Position numbers and translations under genes: made by a program. Shown piece after piece: positions 26,609 through 56,769 of a stretch of DNA of 64,000 bases. The stretch lies in the NCBI RefSeq assembly GCF_009914755.1, contig NC_060936.1; one strand, given 5' to 3'. How positions within the stretch are numbered: position 1 is the first letter of the stretch; each line of letters opens with the position of its first letter. The notes under the pieces are model-generated. The model was not told the origin of the DNA, searched no databases, and worked only from the letters and a program-made list of their open reading frames with translations. This stretch comes from the human T2T-CHM13v2.0 reference genome, Homo sapiens.

Positions 26609-27517
26609 ATAATGATCAGACCATAAGAATGTATTAATAAACATTTAAGGGACAATTGAATAGAATTTTAAAATCAGAGAGGAGGAGCCATGTTTGTATT
26701 GTTCACTTTTGCATTCCTGGCACCTAGCACCTTAGCATAGGATCACTGTTGGGTAAATATTTATTGAATAATGAATGGTTGCCATTTACGAAACCATGTT
26801 TACAGTTTTGTGCTCCAGAAGTGAGGTAAAGGGTTGCTTAATGAGAACCCAGTATTTCTACTCAAAAGGACCTTATTGCAAAGTATTTGGAAGTTTAAAA
26901 GAGTGGGAACATGGGGACGCATAGGGAGTGGTGAAACTGGCTCAGGGAAAGTCCATTGCAGCAAGATAGAGGTTGCCAAACCGTAAGCAGAACAAGTTGA
27001 AACCGCGCCTGTCTGGCAAACAGTCCAAAGTGGAATTGAAACTCCCATCTTTGAAGTGGTGAAAAAAGGCCCTGGGGTGGGGGAGTGGGGCAGAGGGCTG
27101 GCGTCTGTCTGCCTGGGTTAGTCTTGGTTCGGGAGTGTCCCGAGCAAGCCTGGGGAGATGACTGCCCCTCGCCTTGATCCCCAACTAACCTGGGGTTCTG
27201 GATTATGTGTGGGGAAGAGGGAATGTGTGTGGCATTCCGTGTTTGTCTTGAACTTTACTCCCTGGAATCTTGTAATACAAGCAATGGCATCTGCTTTCCA
27301 TCGGACATAATCACCTAACCGCAGATTAGCAAGTGAAAGAGCACATGCCGTTGGGATCATCCCAGGCTGCAAAACCGCGCCATTAGCTTGCTCACTCTTT
27401 GGGAAAATACGGTGTTCCAGGGACGGGGATTTCCTAGGTAACATGTCCAGTTCTCTCATGCATCAAAGCTTGAACTGAAATCTTTCTAGAATGTATCCTG
27501 CCTCCTTAAATCAGAAC

Positions 27518-27609
27518 TACTGAACACAGTTTAGCCTTTCATTGGAGACCCTGGGCAGATGATTACTGAACACAGTTTAGCCTTTCATTGGAGACCCTGG
27601 GCAGATGAT
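27518..27609. repeat. Perfect 46-bp tandem duplication
   Basis: TACTGAACACAGTTTAGCCTTTCATTGGAGACCCTGGGCAGATGAT x2. Confidence 0.95.
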
Positions 27610-29391
27610 AACCACCCATTGTCATGAGGTCTGGGGGTGGTGGCCAGAATTTCATTCTCTCCTGGCCTTGGTCTGACCTCCGCCCCCAAGGTCCAGTTGT
27701 CCTGCTCTGGGCACTGACCCTGCCCCAGCTCCTGAGCCCCTCGACCACCACAATCACCACTAAGTCTCTGCCTGGCATGGAGAACAAGATAGCCAAGGTG
27801 AAGAGGGATCCTGTTACCCTCTAACTCAGTAGTTCTAATTTCTACACAGTAATCTGCCCCATGTTTGGAAAAACGCATGTGAAAGGGTTCGCCACAGCTG
27901 TTGCTGGAATGGCGATCACTTGTCCTAAAAGTGCATTTGTAGGAAATCGTTAAATAAACCATGGCCTGACCGTGTTGAGGAACGCTATGTGGCTTAACAT
28001 GAGGCAGAGCTGCCTGTGGAATAACGTCCAAGAGAAACTGAGAAAAGCGAGTTAGCAAACAGCAAGTCTATTACCCCCACTTAGAAAGGACACGGCAGTG
28101 TCCCGGTTCTCTGGTCTCCTGGGTCCTCCCAGCATCAAGTGCAGATCCTGGCACACAGCAGGTAGAATCGCGAGCCCCCCGCTCTCCCCTCACCTACACC
28201 CTGCAGCCACTCCTCCTGTCCCCAGGCTCTTCCTAGCAGTCACCCTTCAGACCCCTCAGCTGGCCAAGCCTCCTCCTGCTTCTCACTTGCTTGGTTTTGC
28301 TTGTTTCCTGCGCCCTCTCCTCACCAGGACTTCAGCTCCCACAAGCCAGGACTTGGCTCTTGGACTCCCTGTGCTGGAGTGGCCAGGGCTGTCAGTGAAA
28401 GCTTATGGAATGCGTGGGTGAATGAATCCAATTTTTACAAAACAAAGTGAGATGTATTTATTAAAATATGTAGGAATTAGAGTATTTTGATAGAAAATCT
28501 TTATGTTTTGCCTACAGTCTAGATTGAAAATGTCAACTCCAGACATCACTGTGCTTCTGGAAACTATAAAGAGGAAGTGGGAGCTAGGACATCCCCCCAC
28601 CACGCCCCGCCCAAGAGCGTTTACGTGTGTTATGTAAGTCGAGCTTCGGGTTTCTGGTCAGGAGGTTATAAAGCATTTGGCCCAGAGTCTGGCCTGGTGT
28701 TTATTCAGGAAAACTGCTCCTCACTTGAAGCAGAACTTTGGCAGAAACTCAGTGTGAGAACAGTTCCTACCCAGCCCCCCACCGGGGAGGGAAGCCACTG
28801 AGTCTGGCTCTGGGAGAAGGGAAATGGGAAATGTAAACCGGAGGAGGTTTCCAGCGTCCTACAGCAGACCCAGGTTTATCTTATCAGTGGAGAAGGGAGG
28901 ATGGGTTGTTGAAAATGCAGCCTGGTTCAACAGTGAAGGGTGATTGAGAACATTCTGGGCTTTGAAAGGCAAACATGCCAGGGAGTGGTCTTTCCAGGAT
29001 CCTAATCTAAATCAGAGGGGCCAGCCCAGCGAGGAAGGGGTGGGGCTGGTGGGGTTTTAGCCAGACTGGCCCACCTCTCCCCTTCCTACTTCCTGATCTT
29101 TGCAAAATAAAGTTTAAAATCCAGGACAATTTAGTATGCTTTGGTGCAGGGAACAACATAAAGAGTATAGACCTGGCCCTCGCTCCTAAGAATCTTTAAG
29201 CTACGAGAGAGCTGCAGGATCTAGAACACTGCAGGACCCCCTGCGGGCAAGGTCCTAGCTTAGGAACTGTACACTCGTTCTTGCATTTAACCTTCACATC
29301 AGCCCCCAGAAGTACTCGATGAGGCATCTGGGAAGTGAAGGGATTTGCCCAGGGTCAAATCTGTGAGGGATGGAGTCAGAATTCAAACCCA

Positions 29392-34045
<4,654 letters not shown>

Positions 34046-34099
34046 GAATAATCTAATTTAGTTCTCACAACAAATTTGTGTGGGAGTGGAATAGAATGA

Positions 34100-34580
34100 A
34101 GGTGGTTGCAAATTGTTTGCCATTCCTTCTAGGGAGAAGGGGAGGCTCTCTCCTCAACCTGGGACTCTGGACTGAGCCTGTGACTCACTTTGACCAACAG
34201 AATTTGGTGGCAGAAATGAGGCCAAGTGACTTCTGAAGCTAGATCTTAGGAAGCCTTTCAGCTTCCACCTGGGTCTCTAGGAACACTGTCTCAGGGGAAG
34301 CCAGCTGCCATGTGGGAAGTCGGACTAGCTTGAGCCAGCCATGCAGTCAGGAAGCCCAAGCAGCCATGTGGTGCCAGACGAGTAAGTGCAGAAGCCATCT
34401 TGCACATCCAGCCTCAGAGGTGGATGACTATTGGCCCCAGCTGTCCTCACACTGTAGCCACACAAGGGAACTCTGCCCAGATGAGCCCAACCAGGGGACT
34501 CTACTGTGGGAGATAAGAAATCATTTTAAGCCACCAAGTTTTAGGGTGCTTTGTTACACAGCAATGGATAACTAGAACAA
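34100..34580 (+). mobile_element. MLT1-type MaLR LTR
   Basis: 3' end ttttaagccaccaagttttagggtgctttgttacacagcaatggataactagaaca. Confidence 0.7.
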
Positions 34581-34830
34581 GTATGAACATTCTCTTCATT
34601 TTTTAAAGAAACCAAGGCACTGAGAAGTCAAGTGACTTACCCAAGGTCACTTGGCAGAGTGAGCATTCTGGCCTAGATTGTCTGCAAGGCCTGTGCTTTT
34701 CATTTGTAGGCTACACCACTCTGAAATTAATTCATATTTGCTTTTTCTTGTTTTTTTTTTTCCTTACAATACTGGTAGTCAGTATTAGGTTGACAGCTGG
34801 TCCTGAGAACTTCTTTCCTTCTCATTGTAG

Positions 34831-34935
34831 ATTTTCATAAACAATGAATGGCACGATGCCGTCAGCAGGAAAACATTCCCCACCGTCAATCCGTCCACTG
34901 GAGAGGTCATCTGTCAGGTAGCTGAAGGGGACAAG
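34831..34935 (+). CDS. ALDH2: ALDH2 exon 2
   Basis: ttgtag|; [35 protein letters not shown]; |GTGAGA; 105 nt. Confidence 0.97.
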
Positions 34936-36070
34936 GTGAGAACTGGTGACTTACCTTGGGGGAGGGATGGATTCGTCTTCTATTTTATACGTTTTTGTGT
35001 GGTGAAAGCTTTACCATATATGTGTATTACTTTCACAAGTAACAGATACCAGTGAAAAATTCCGAGTAAATTAATCAATAGAAACTTGTCTGCAGACAAC
35101 GGTGTTAATTCACTTAGTGTAGAACTATAGACTTAGAAGTGAATTCGGCAAATATCTAATACAGTGTCTCCTTTCCAGACCTGGAAGTTGAAGGTCAGAG
35201 ATGGAAACCTTGCTGGGTAGAATTTGGGTCTCCTAAGATCTAGCTCCTGTGGAGGTTTGAATTGTACAGACTGTAGGAACCAATCGAAACTGATAATATT
35301 CTGTTTAAAATTTTTAAATTAGACTCTTAGTAAAAATATTTTGTGTTTTTGGCCGGGCGCAGTGGCGCAGGCCTGTAATCCCAGCACTTTGGGAGGCTGA
35401 GGTGGGAGGATCACTTGAACCCAGGAATTTGAGACCAGCCCGGGGAAACATAGTGAGATACCATCTCTAAAGTAAACAAAGAAACAAATAAGTAATTTAA
35501 AACTAAGAAAATACAGGCCAGGCGCAGTGGCTCAAGCCTGTAATCCCAGCACTTTGGGAGGCCAAGGTGGGCAGATCATGAGGTCAGGAGTTTGAGACCA
35601 GCCTGACCAACATGGTGAAACCCCGTCTCTACTAAAAATACAGAAATTAGCCAGGTGTGGTGGCATCTCTTGAGTAATCCCAGCTACTCAAGAGGCTGAG
35701 GTAGGATAATTGCTTGAACCCGGGAGGCGGAGGTTGCAATGAGCCGAGATTGCGCCACTATACTCCAGCCTGGGCGACAGAGCGAGATTTCGTCTCAAAA
35801 AAAAAACAAAAAAAAAGAAAATACAGAAATTATCCGGATTCTCATTCCCACCAGGACTTCATGAAAGGAGGGGAAGGTCATGTTATTCAACCCCATTGCT
35901 GAAGTCTGGTGCTCATCAGGGCTCTGCCGGGCTAGGAGCATTGTTTACGGGGCAGGTTTTCTGTGCAGCGATATGCTGATGACCTTCTGGATGTGTTTGT
36001 ATTCGGACCTGGTTATTACTGAGAAGACCTGAGTTTTCCAGGAAGGCTTGAGTTTTCCTGTGTTTTCTAG

Positions 36071-36211
36071 GAAGATGTGGACAAGGCAGTGAAGGCCGCC
36101 CGGGCCGCCTTCCAGCTGGGCTCACCTTGGCGCCGCATGGACGCATCACACAGGGGCCGGCTGCTGAACCGCCTGGCCGATCTGATCGAGCGGGACCGGA
36201 CCTACCTGGCG
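36071..36211 (+). CDS. ALDH2: ALDH2 exon 3 (symmetric, skippable in frame)
   Basis: ttctag|; [47 protein letters not shown]; |GTGAGT; 141 nt. Confidence 0.97.
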
Positions 36212-36324
36212 GTGAGTCCTCAGCCCTTCTCCCCCTCAGATCCCATGTGGTGAATAGGCTCGCAGCATCCTGTGAACAGCCAGGAACCAAGCATCCTGTG
36301 AACAGCCAGGGAACACACATCTGA

Positions 36325-36999
<675 letters not shown>

Positions 37000-37477
37000 T
37001 AGGATAAAATCCTCAACATGGTCTGTAAGACCAGCCTGTAACATGGCAAGATCCTGTCTCTACAAAAAGTTAAAAAACTAGCTGAGTATGGTGGCATATG
37101 CCTGTAGTCCTAGCTACATGGTAGGCTGAGGCAGGAGGCTTGCTTGAGCCCAGGAGTTCAAGGCTGCAGTGAGCTGTTGTGGTGCCACTGCGCTCCAGCC
37201 TGGGCAACAGAGTCAGATCCTGTCTCAAAAAAAAAATGACCCAGCCTGTTCTAGTTCCATCATCTGAGTCATGCTGCACTGCAGTCCTCACATTCACATG
37301 TGCTCCTGAGCCTGGGCTCCCATGCTTGATGGCCAAGCCTCTTTGAGCATCAGCGCTTGCACCTGCCTGGGATGCTCTTCGCCCTGCTGCCATCTGTACC
37401 ATCCCCTTTGCCCAGTTGCCCCCTACATATCATTCAGGTTCTAGCCTAAAGGGCTCATCTCTGGCTGATGTTTCTAG

Positions 37478-37782
<305 letters not shown>

Positions 37783-38179
37783 TAGCTGCAAGTCACTACA
37801 TCCGGCCTCTAGCACTCTTAACACATGTGACTGAGGACTTGTGTCATTATGCACAGTCTCTTTGCTCTGTAAGCTCCACGCTGGTCTCTATCCCAGCACC
37901 TGGATATGGTAGAGAGCAGAAGCTAAAAGAGTGTGTTTATGAAATCACTGAGTGAGAAATTGGTGGCTCATCCTGCCTGGCCCCCTTCCTCCTCCTCCCT
38001 GCCTTTGGAGAGACCATGGCAATAGTCCAGAGATGCTAGTGACATTTGGGGCACAAAGCGGACTCTCACCCTGGGCTTGCACCAGCCCTTCTCAGTCCCA
38101 GCCTTGGCGCCCTCTGTCAGCCCTTTGTTTTCCTCTCATTCCTGCACCCATGTCTCTGCTGACCTTGTTTTCTTCTCAG

Positions 38180-38259
38180 GCCTTGGAGACCCTGGACAAT
38201 GGCAAGCCCTATGTCATCTCCTACCTGGTGGATTTGGACATGGTCCTCAAATGTCTCCG
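38180..38259 (+). CDS. ALDH2: ALDH2 exon 4
   Basis: tctcag|; [26 protein letters not shown](R); |GTATGG; 80 nt. Confidence 0.97.
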
Positions 38260-38354
38260 GTATGGGCTCAGCTTTCCTGTTCTTTGTTCTGGCAGGGGAA
38301 AAGGGGAGGCAACGTTGTTAGGAGGTAAAAATTAAATTACAAAAATTCAAAAGG

Positions 38355-38660
38355 GGCAGAGCGCGGTATCTCATGCCTATAATCCCAGCACTTTGGGAGG
38401 CTGAGCCAGGTGGATTACGTGAGGTCAAGAGTTTGAGACCAGCCTGGTCAACATGATGAAACCCCATCTCTACTAAAAATACAAAAATTAGCTGGGCATG
38501 GTGGCGCACACCTGTAATACCAGCTACTCAGGAGGCTAAGGTAGAAGAATCTCTTGATCCCTGGAAGTGGAGGTCACAGTGAGCCAAGATCACGCCACTG
38601 CACTCCAGCCTAGGTGACAGAGTGAGACTCTGTCTCAAAAACAAAAACAAAAAATGAATA
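38355..38660 (+). mobile_element. Alu with an unusually long target-site duplication
   Basis: TAAATTACAAAAATTCAAAAGG at 38333-38354 and 38659-38680. Confidence 0.85.
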
Positions 38661-38739
38661 AATTACAAAAATTCAAAAGGATCACAGGAGTCAGAGAAGG
38701 CTACTCTATTTAGACTCCAGCTCATGGGAAAATCCTTCA

Positions 38740-39120
38740 ATATCACAAATTGTGATTAGTCATAAATGCTTTCTTTTGTTCTTGAGTCACTTTTGGTACT
38801 TTCTGTGTTATTTGGAACTTGTCCATTTTATCGAGGTTATCTAATTTGTTGGTGTACAATTGTTCACAGTATTCTCTTATAATCCTTTTTATCTCTGTAA
38901 GATCTGTAGTGTTGTCTTCATTTTCAGTTTTACTTATTTGGGTCTTCTCTCTGTTTCTTAGCCTAGCTAAAGGTTTGTCCATTTTGTAAATGTTTTCAAA
39001 GAACCAAACTTTTGGTTTTGTTGATTTTATTATTTTTCTATTCAAGAAAATATTGTCTTTTGTCTATCTCCGTTTCAGTCTTTATTTCCTTCCTTTTACT
39101 AGCTTTGGGTTTGGTTTAAT
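38740..39120 (-). mobile_element. Antisense L1 ORF2 remnant
   Basis: ORF 38743-39045(-) reads WFFENIYKMDKPLARL...IKRIIREYCEQLYTNKLDNLDKMDKF, typical of L1 ORF2p. Confidence 0.85.
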
Positions 39121-39141
39121 CAAAAATGTTTGATTGATTGA

Positions 39142-42440
<3,299 letters not shown>

Positions 42441-42734
42441 AAATCTAATTCCTGGGCATGAGCCCCAGAGAGTGGGATTGAGTAGATTGGAAATGGACTC
42501 CTGGGATCTGGTGTTTTTTACAAGAACCCCAGGCGATTCTGAGGCTTGGGGGTTAGCTACCTAGAGTAGATTTTCGTGACCTTTGCAGTCACTTGTCTCT
42601 CTCTGAATAAGCCAAAAGCAAAGACAGTTTTCAGAAAGACTCAGCTGGACCAGTTTGAGTCTTCTCTTTCTGCCAGGGTTTGCAGGGGTCCCTGACAATC
42701 ATTGATTCGAGCTTGAACGTTTCTTTGTTTAAAG

Positions 42735-42846
42735 GTATTATGCCGGCTGGGCTGATAAGTACCACGGGAAAACCATCCCCATTGACGGAGACTTCTTCAG
42801 CTACACACGCCATGAACCTGTGGGGGTGTGCGGGCAGATCATTCCG
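42735..42846 (+). CDS. ALDH2: ALDH2 exon 5
   Basis: ttaaag|; (R)[37 protein letters not shown]; |GTGAGT; 112 nt. Confidence 0.97.
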
Positions 42847-43345
42847 GTGAGTCCAGCCTCCCTGGAGTTTCTTCAGGGTGCCCTGAGATTTGGCAGTCTG
42901 CCAGACTCATTGCAGAGGTTCTGGGGTGGTGTCGGAAGGCAGCCTGGGTGGCAGGTAAGAAGATGGGCTCTGACAAAGCCAATCCGGTTTGAGTCTCAGC
43001 ACTGCCACTCGTGAATTCTGTAACCTTGGGCAAGTCACTTATCCCCCAAGCCTCAGTTTCCCCATCTGAAAAGTGGAAATGAACATAGTGCCTGTCTTAG
43101 GGAGGTAATTAGGGCTTAGCATGGTGTCACGGACATAAAAGCACGGATAAATGTGAGTCTGTCATCGTTGTGCACCGCCTGCCTCATCCATTCATCTTAA
43201 AACCACGATGGATGGAGTTAGGGGAGGACACGCAGGGTTCAGAGAACTCGGTGCTGCTTCTGCCCTCTGGGGTTGCCACCTTCTGCTACCCAGTGTAGTT
43301 CTCTGAGGAAGCTTGGATTTCGAGGGCTGCTGTTGTTTGTTGCAG

Positions 43346-43474
43346 TGGAATTTCCCGCTCCTGATGCAAGCATGGAAGCTGGGCCCAGCCTTGGCAACTG
43401 GAAACGTGGTTGTGATGAAGGTAGCTGAGCAGACACCCCTCACCGCCCTCTATGTGGCCAACCTGATCAAGGAG
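43346..43474 (+). CDS. ALDH2: ALDH2 exon 6
   Basis: ttgcag|; [43 protein letters not shown]; |GTGCGT; 129 nt. Confidence 0.97.
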
Positions 43475-43812
43475 GTGCGTGGCTTATCCTGGTCTTAACC
43501 TCTAAATGCCCTTGTTGAGGCTTGTTCTAAAGGAGTTCTGAGAAGGGTCTCAGGGGTCCCTAAACAGGGAGGTGTGTTTGTGGAGCCCCCATCACCATGT
43601 GAACCAGAGTGGCTCCCTCTTAGCTTTTTTCCACATTGGACTTCACTGCAAGATCCCCTTTGAAGAATTAAAAATATTGCTCTAGGCCAGGCTTGGTGGC
43701 TCACGCCTGCAATCCCAGCACTTTGGGTGGCCAAAGCAGGAGGGTTGCTTGAGTTCAGGAGTTTGAGACCAGCCTGAGCAACATAGCAAGACCCCATCTC
43801 TACAAAAAATTA

Positions 43813-44169
<357 letters not shown>

Positions 44170-44217
44170 TCAGAATAGGAGGGTGACTCCCAATGTCCCC
44201 TGGCTGTTTGCTCACAG

Positions 44218-44331
44218 GCTGGCTTTCCCCCTGGTGTGGTCAACATTGTGCCTGGATTTGGCCCCACGGCTGGGGCCGCCATTGCCTCCCATGAGGATGT
44301 GGACAAAGTGGCATTCACAGGCTCCACTGAG
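44218..44331 (+). CDS. ALDH2: ALDH2 exon 7 (NAD-binding FTGS motif)
   Basis: tcacag|; [38 protein letters not shown]; |GTAAGG; 114 nt. Confidence 0.97.
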
Positions 44332-44629
44332 GTAAGGTGACCCTGGCCTCAAGCTTGCAGCCTCCTTGGCCCAAGCTCCCCCTGTCCTCAGTGGACGACA
44401 TGCTCAAGGTGAGCTCCCGGGTGTCAAGCGGAGGCCTTTTCCTCCAGGACGACCCTGTAGGTACCAGGAGGGGTGGGGCAGGGTTGAGCCCTTCGTGGTC
44501 TGGTTGCCACACTAGCTGCCCTTGGGAGGGGCCAGTGTCCCATGTGGACTAAGGAGGCCAGGCCTGGCCAGACTCCACATAGCCCAGAGCTGACCGCTTG
44601 CCCCAAATCAAAGCATCTTGGCCAGGTCA

Positions 44630-44851
<222 letters not shown>

Positions 44852-44972
44852 CTAGGTCTCTCGTGGTCCAGTTGCTCACTCAAGCTGTGGGGGACTCTGT
44901 TCTGTGTCTATAGAGTGCTGGACTCTTTTCTCCCGGCACTGAGAGCTTGTTCCTGTCTTTCTGTCCCCACAG

Positions 44973-45075
44973 ATTGGCCGCGTAATCCAGGTTGCTGCTG
45001 GGAGCAGCAACCTCAAGAGAGTGACCTTGGAGCTGGGGGGGAAGAGCCCCAACATCATCATGTCAGATGCCGATA
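44973..45075 (+). CDS. ALDH2: ALDH2 exon 8 (general base Glu268 of the mature protein, LELGGK)
   Basis: ccacag|; [34 protein letters not shown](M); GAG at 45030-45032; |GTGAGT; 103 nt. Confidence 0.97.
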
Positions 45076-45509
45076 GTGAGTTTCCAGCTGGAGAAGGCCT
45101 GGCCTTGAAGGTAGCCCTGGCCACCTGTGTTGTGGCTCCAGCCGATCCTGTCGCCCCCCCAGTGCCCAATGGCGTTGGTTGCTGTCCCTCGGGCCTCAGG
45201 ATAAGACGCCAGCGCAGGGCCTGCATGGCCTGGCCTTGGCCTGTCCCCAGCCTCTCCCTGGCTGCTCTCTGCATCATCAGGCTAGGCCACGCCCCTGCTA
45301 TCTGACTCATCCACTTGCCGCCATCACGCCCTTTGTCCTGGTTGGCAGTGGGCTCCGAGAGCACCCCTCATCTCCCTGTATCTGTCTCTGGCACCCAGCA
45401 GGCATCAACCCTTACAGTGGTGGGAACAGGCTCCATTGGGCAGGCGGCCACCAGGGCCAGGGTCCTCCTCCTCACTGTCACCTTTCTGTCTCCTGCCCAC
45501 TTCCCGCAG

Positions 45510-45694
45510 TGGATTGGGCCGTGGAACAGGCCCACTTCGCCCTGTTCTTCAACCAGGGCCAGTGCTGCTGTGCCGGCTCCCGGACCTTCGTGCAGGAGGA
45601 CATCTATGATGAGTTTGTGGAGCGGAGCGTTGCCCGGGCCAAGTCTCGGGTGGTCGGGAACCCCTTTGATAGCAAGACCGAGCAGGGGCCGCAG
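45510..45694 (+). CDS. ALDH2: ALDH2 exon 9 (catalytic Cys302 of the mature protein)
   Basis: ccgcag|; (M)[28 protein letters not shown]...TEQGPQ; middle Cys TGC at 45566-45568; |GTGAGC; 185 nt. Confidence 0.97.
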
Positions 45695-46119
45695 GTGAGC
45701 CAGGCAGTGCCGCAGGGTCTGGGTGTCTAGAGCCAGCATGAGAAGCAGAGAGGGCATCGGGCTCAGATCAGTTGGGACTGGGTTCAGGTCTCAGCTCTAC
45801 CACACAGCAGCTGTGTGCCTTTGGGAAGCTATGTTCCCTCCCTCAGCCTTCATTTCCCCATCCCGAGCCGTGCCCTGCCTCATTCACAGGGTGGCTGTGA
45901 TGTAGAAATTAATCCTGGGAAGCACTTTGTAAATTGCATATATGTAACAAATACCAGGAGTGTCTGCAAAAGGGAGTGTGTGTTTCCAAGACCTTGGTCA
46001 TCAGTAGAAGTGTATCCACCAGAAGATACACAGCTCTGTGAACCTTCGTGTCTGAGAGCCATGGTATGGCTAGTATAGGGACTTTATTTCACTTCATGTT
46101 TTGAGCTGTTTGATTTTAT

Positions 46120-50561
<4,442 letters not shown>

Positions 50562-50988
50562 TCATTTCTCTTTGTGCATATGTAGAATAAATTCCTAGAA
50601 GTTAAATAGCTGGGCCAAAGGATCTGAGTATATAATTTTTGAGCAATATTAATAAACCACTTGCTCTAAAGGCTGTACCAGTCTGTCATCCTTCTAACAG
50701 TATATGTAACGGTCTCTTGCTATCAGTGTATTTTCTTCCTAAACTTTTTGGTAATCTTATAGTTGAAAAGTAAAGATTGATTTGATGTCCTTTTCTCCGG
50801 TAGGCTGAGGAAGTTGGGCCTTTTTTGTGTTTTCTGCTATTGGCCCTGTGTGTTTCCTCTTCTGATCTTGCTTTCTTATGACCTTGGTCCATTTCCCAGT
50901 TGTCTTGTTGCCTGCATAATTCTAAGCCTGAAGCCTAGGAGAGGTCTGAATCCGATGTCTCCATAACTCTGGGTTCCTTCTCCCACAG

Positions 50989-51153
50989 GTGGATGAAACT
51001 CAGTTTAAGAAGATCCTCGGCTACATCAACACGGGGAAGCAAGAGGGGGCGAAGCTGCTGTGTGGTGGGGGCATTGCTGCTGACCGTGGTTACTTCATCC
51101 AGCCCACTGTGTTTGGAGATGTGCAGGATGGCATGACCATCGCCAAGGAGGAG
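50989..51153 (+). CDS. ALDH2: ALDH2 exon 10
   Basis: ccacag|; [27 protein letters not shown]...MTIAKEE; |GTGAGC; 165 nt. Confidence 0.97.
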
Positions 51154-51454
51154 GTGAGCACTTGGGGCCAGTGCTCTGGAAACATTCTTGGCGGGAGGTG
51201 AGGTAAACAGTTCAGCCTGGCATCCTGATGCTGTCACCCATCTGCTGGCTTGGGGCCAGATCTCAAGTTATACCCAGAACCAGTGCCCATAACACGCTAT
51301 TCATAGTATGTATCTGATCTTGTCCCTCCTCTTCAGCTTGTACCCTCTGTCTGGGAGATCGTCTGCATTCCTCAGCATGGCCTGCAGGCCTTGGTGTCCT
51401 GGCCCTCAGAGCCAGGAGTCTAGGAATGACATTGTCTGCTCCTTCCCATGACCT

Positions 51455-52518
<1,064 letters not shown>

Positions 52519-52744
52519 TGACTTAAATTCTTTGACACTAAATCTACGTGTCACGTGTGAATAACATACCTGGCAGGATTGTTTAGAAATGGGATACTGT
52601 ATGTAAAGCCCGGGGCGCACAGGAGGAAGTTGGCCCCTGTTAGCTCCATTCCCTCTGTGTTCTGCTGAGCTTGATGGCTGTTGTCTTCCCCTGGAACTGT
52701 TAGAGCATGGCTGGGGGCTTATCCCCCAATCTGGAATCATCTGT

Positions 52745-52816
52745 TCTGCTCTGAGAGAGCTCGATGGCAGGTGCCTCCGTGTTGCCGAACCCTCCTACGC
52801 TGCTCTCTCACTCCAG
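52745..52816 (+). ncRNA. MIR6761: 5'-tailed mirtron hairpin at the 3' end of ALDH2 intron 10 (hsa-mir-6761)
   Basis: TGAGAGAGC (52752-52760) pairs with GCTCTCTCA (52802-52810); hairpin ends at the intron AG; sequence matches my recollection of miR-6761-5p UCUGAGAGAGCUCGAUGGCAG (52750-52770). Confidence 0.8.
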
Positions 52817-52974
52817 ATCTTCGGGCCAGTGATGCAGATCCTGAAGTTCAAGACCATAGAGGAGGTTGTTGGGAGAGCCAACAATTCCACGTACGGGCTG
52901 GCCGCAGCTGTCTTCACAAAGGATTTGGACAAGGCCAATTACCTGTCCCAGGCCCTCCAGGCGGGCACTGTGTG
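52817..52974 (+). CDS. ALDH2: ALDH2 exon 11
   Basis: ctccag|; [52 protein letters not shown](W); |GTAAGA; 158 nt. Confidence 0.97.
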
Positions 52975-53584
52975 GTAAGAGCCTCCCAGCAGCCCCTCAC
53001 AACCCAACAGAGATTCCTCAAAGCCAGGGCCTACTGGAATCTGGTGGTCACCATCCTGGAATTTGGGGAGCTGGGCTCAGTTTCTCCTGGGTCAGGGTGT
53101 GATGTCGATTTGAGAGGTCCTGCTACCTCACCTCCGAAGGATCAAGCTTCTCTGTGGTGCAAAGGCCCTGCACCTGAACTTGGCAGGCAGCGGAGTGGTG
53201 GGGCTCCTCCCCAGCTGCCTCAGGGCAGGAGACCAGAGCAGAGGGACCCATGATTGTGACACTGATCCTAAAAGCTTAGCCTCTGCTTCACACTTAGCCC
53301 CCACTAGGATGGCTATATTTTTATTATTTATTTATTTTTAGTTTTATTTTTTCAGACAGAAAAAAATATTCTACCCAGGCTGAAGTGCTGTGGGGTGCGA
53401 TTATAGCTCACTGCAGCCTTGAACTCCTGGGCTCAAGCAATCCTCCCACCTCTGCCTCCTGAGTAGCTGGGACCACAGGTGTGTACCACCACACCTGGAC
53501 AATTAAAAAACATTTTTATTTTTTGTAGAGATGAGATCTCGCCATGTTGCCCAGGCTGGGCTATATGTATATATATTTTAAAGT

Positions 53585-54880
<1,296 letters not shown>

Positions 54881-54883
54881 TTA

Positions 54884-56660
<1,777 letters not shown>

Positions 56661-56769
56661 TTTTTTTAAGTTAAAAATAAAATAAAGACTTTGGGGCAAT
56701 ACAGGGGGTCCTGGGAGTGTAACCCATAACCCCCAAGAGTGATTTCTGCAATCTCGTTTCAAATTACAG

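Noticed and set aside
27518-27609. Direct repeats (46-bp pair; also the 18-bp array at 56894) as a CRISPR-like array
   Set aside because: No unique spacers, no cas genes, and a eukaryotic intron context
38743-39045. 100-aa ORF resembling a real protein
   Set aside because: Decayed L1 ORF2 fragment; no complete element is present
45179-45509. Open frame running through intron 8 into exon 9
   Set aside because: Intron 8 (434 nt) is not a multiple of 3, the start codon is non-ATG and the region is GC-rich; best explained by chance
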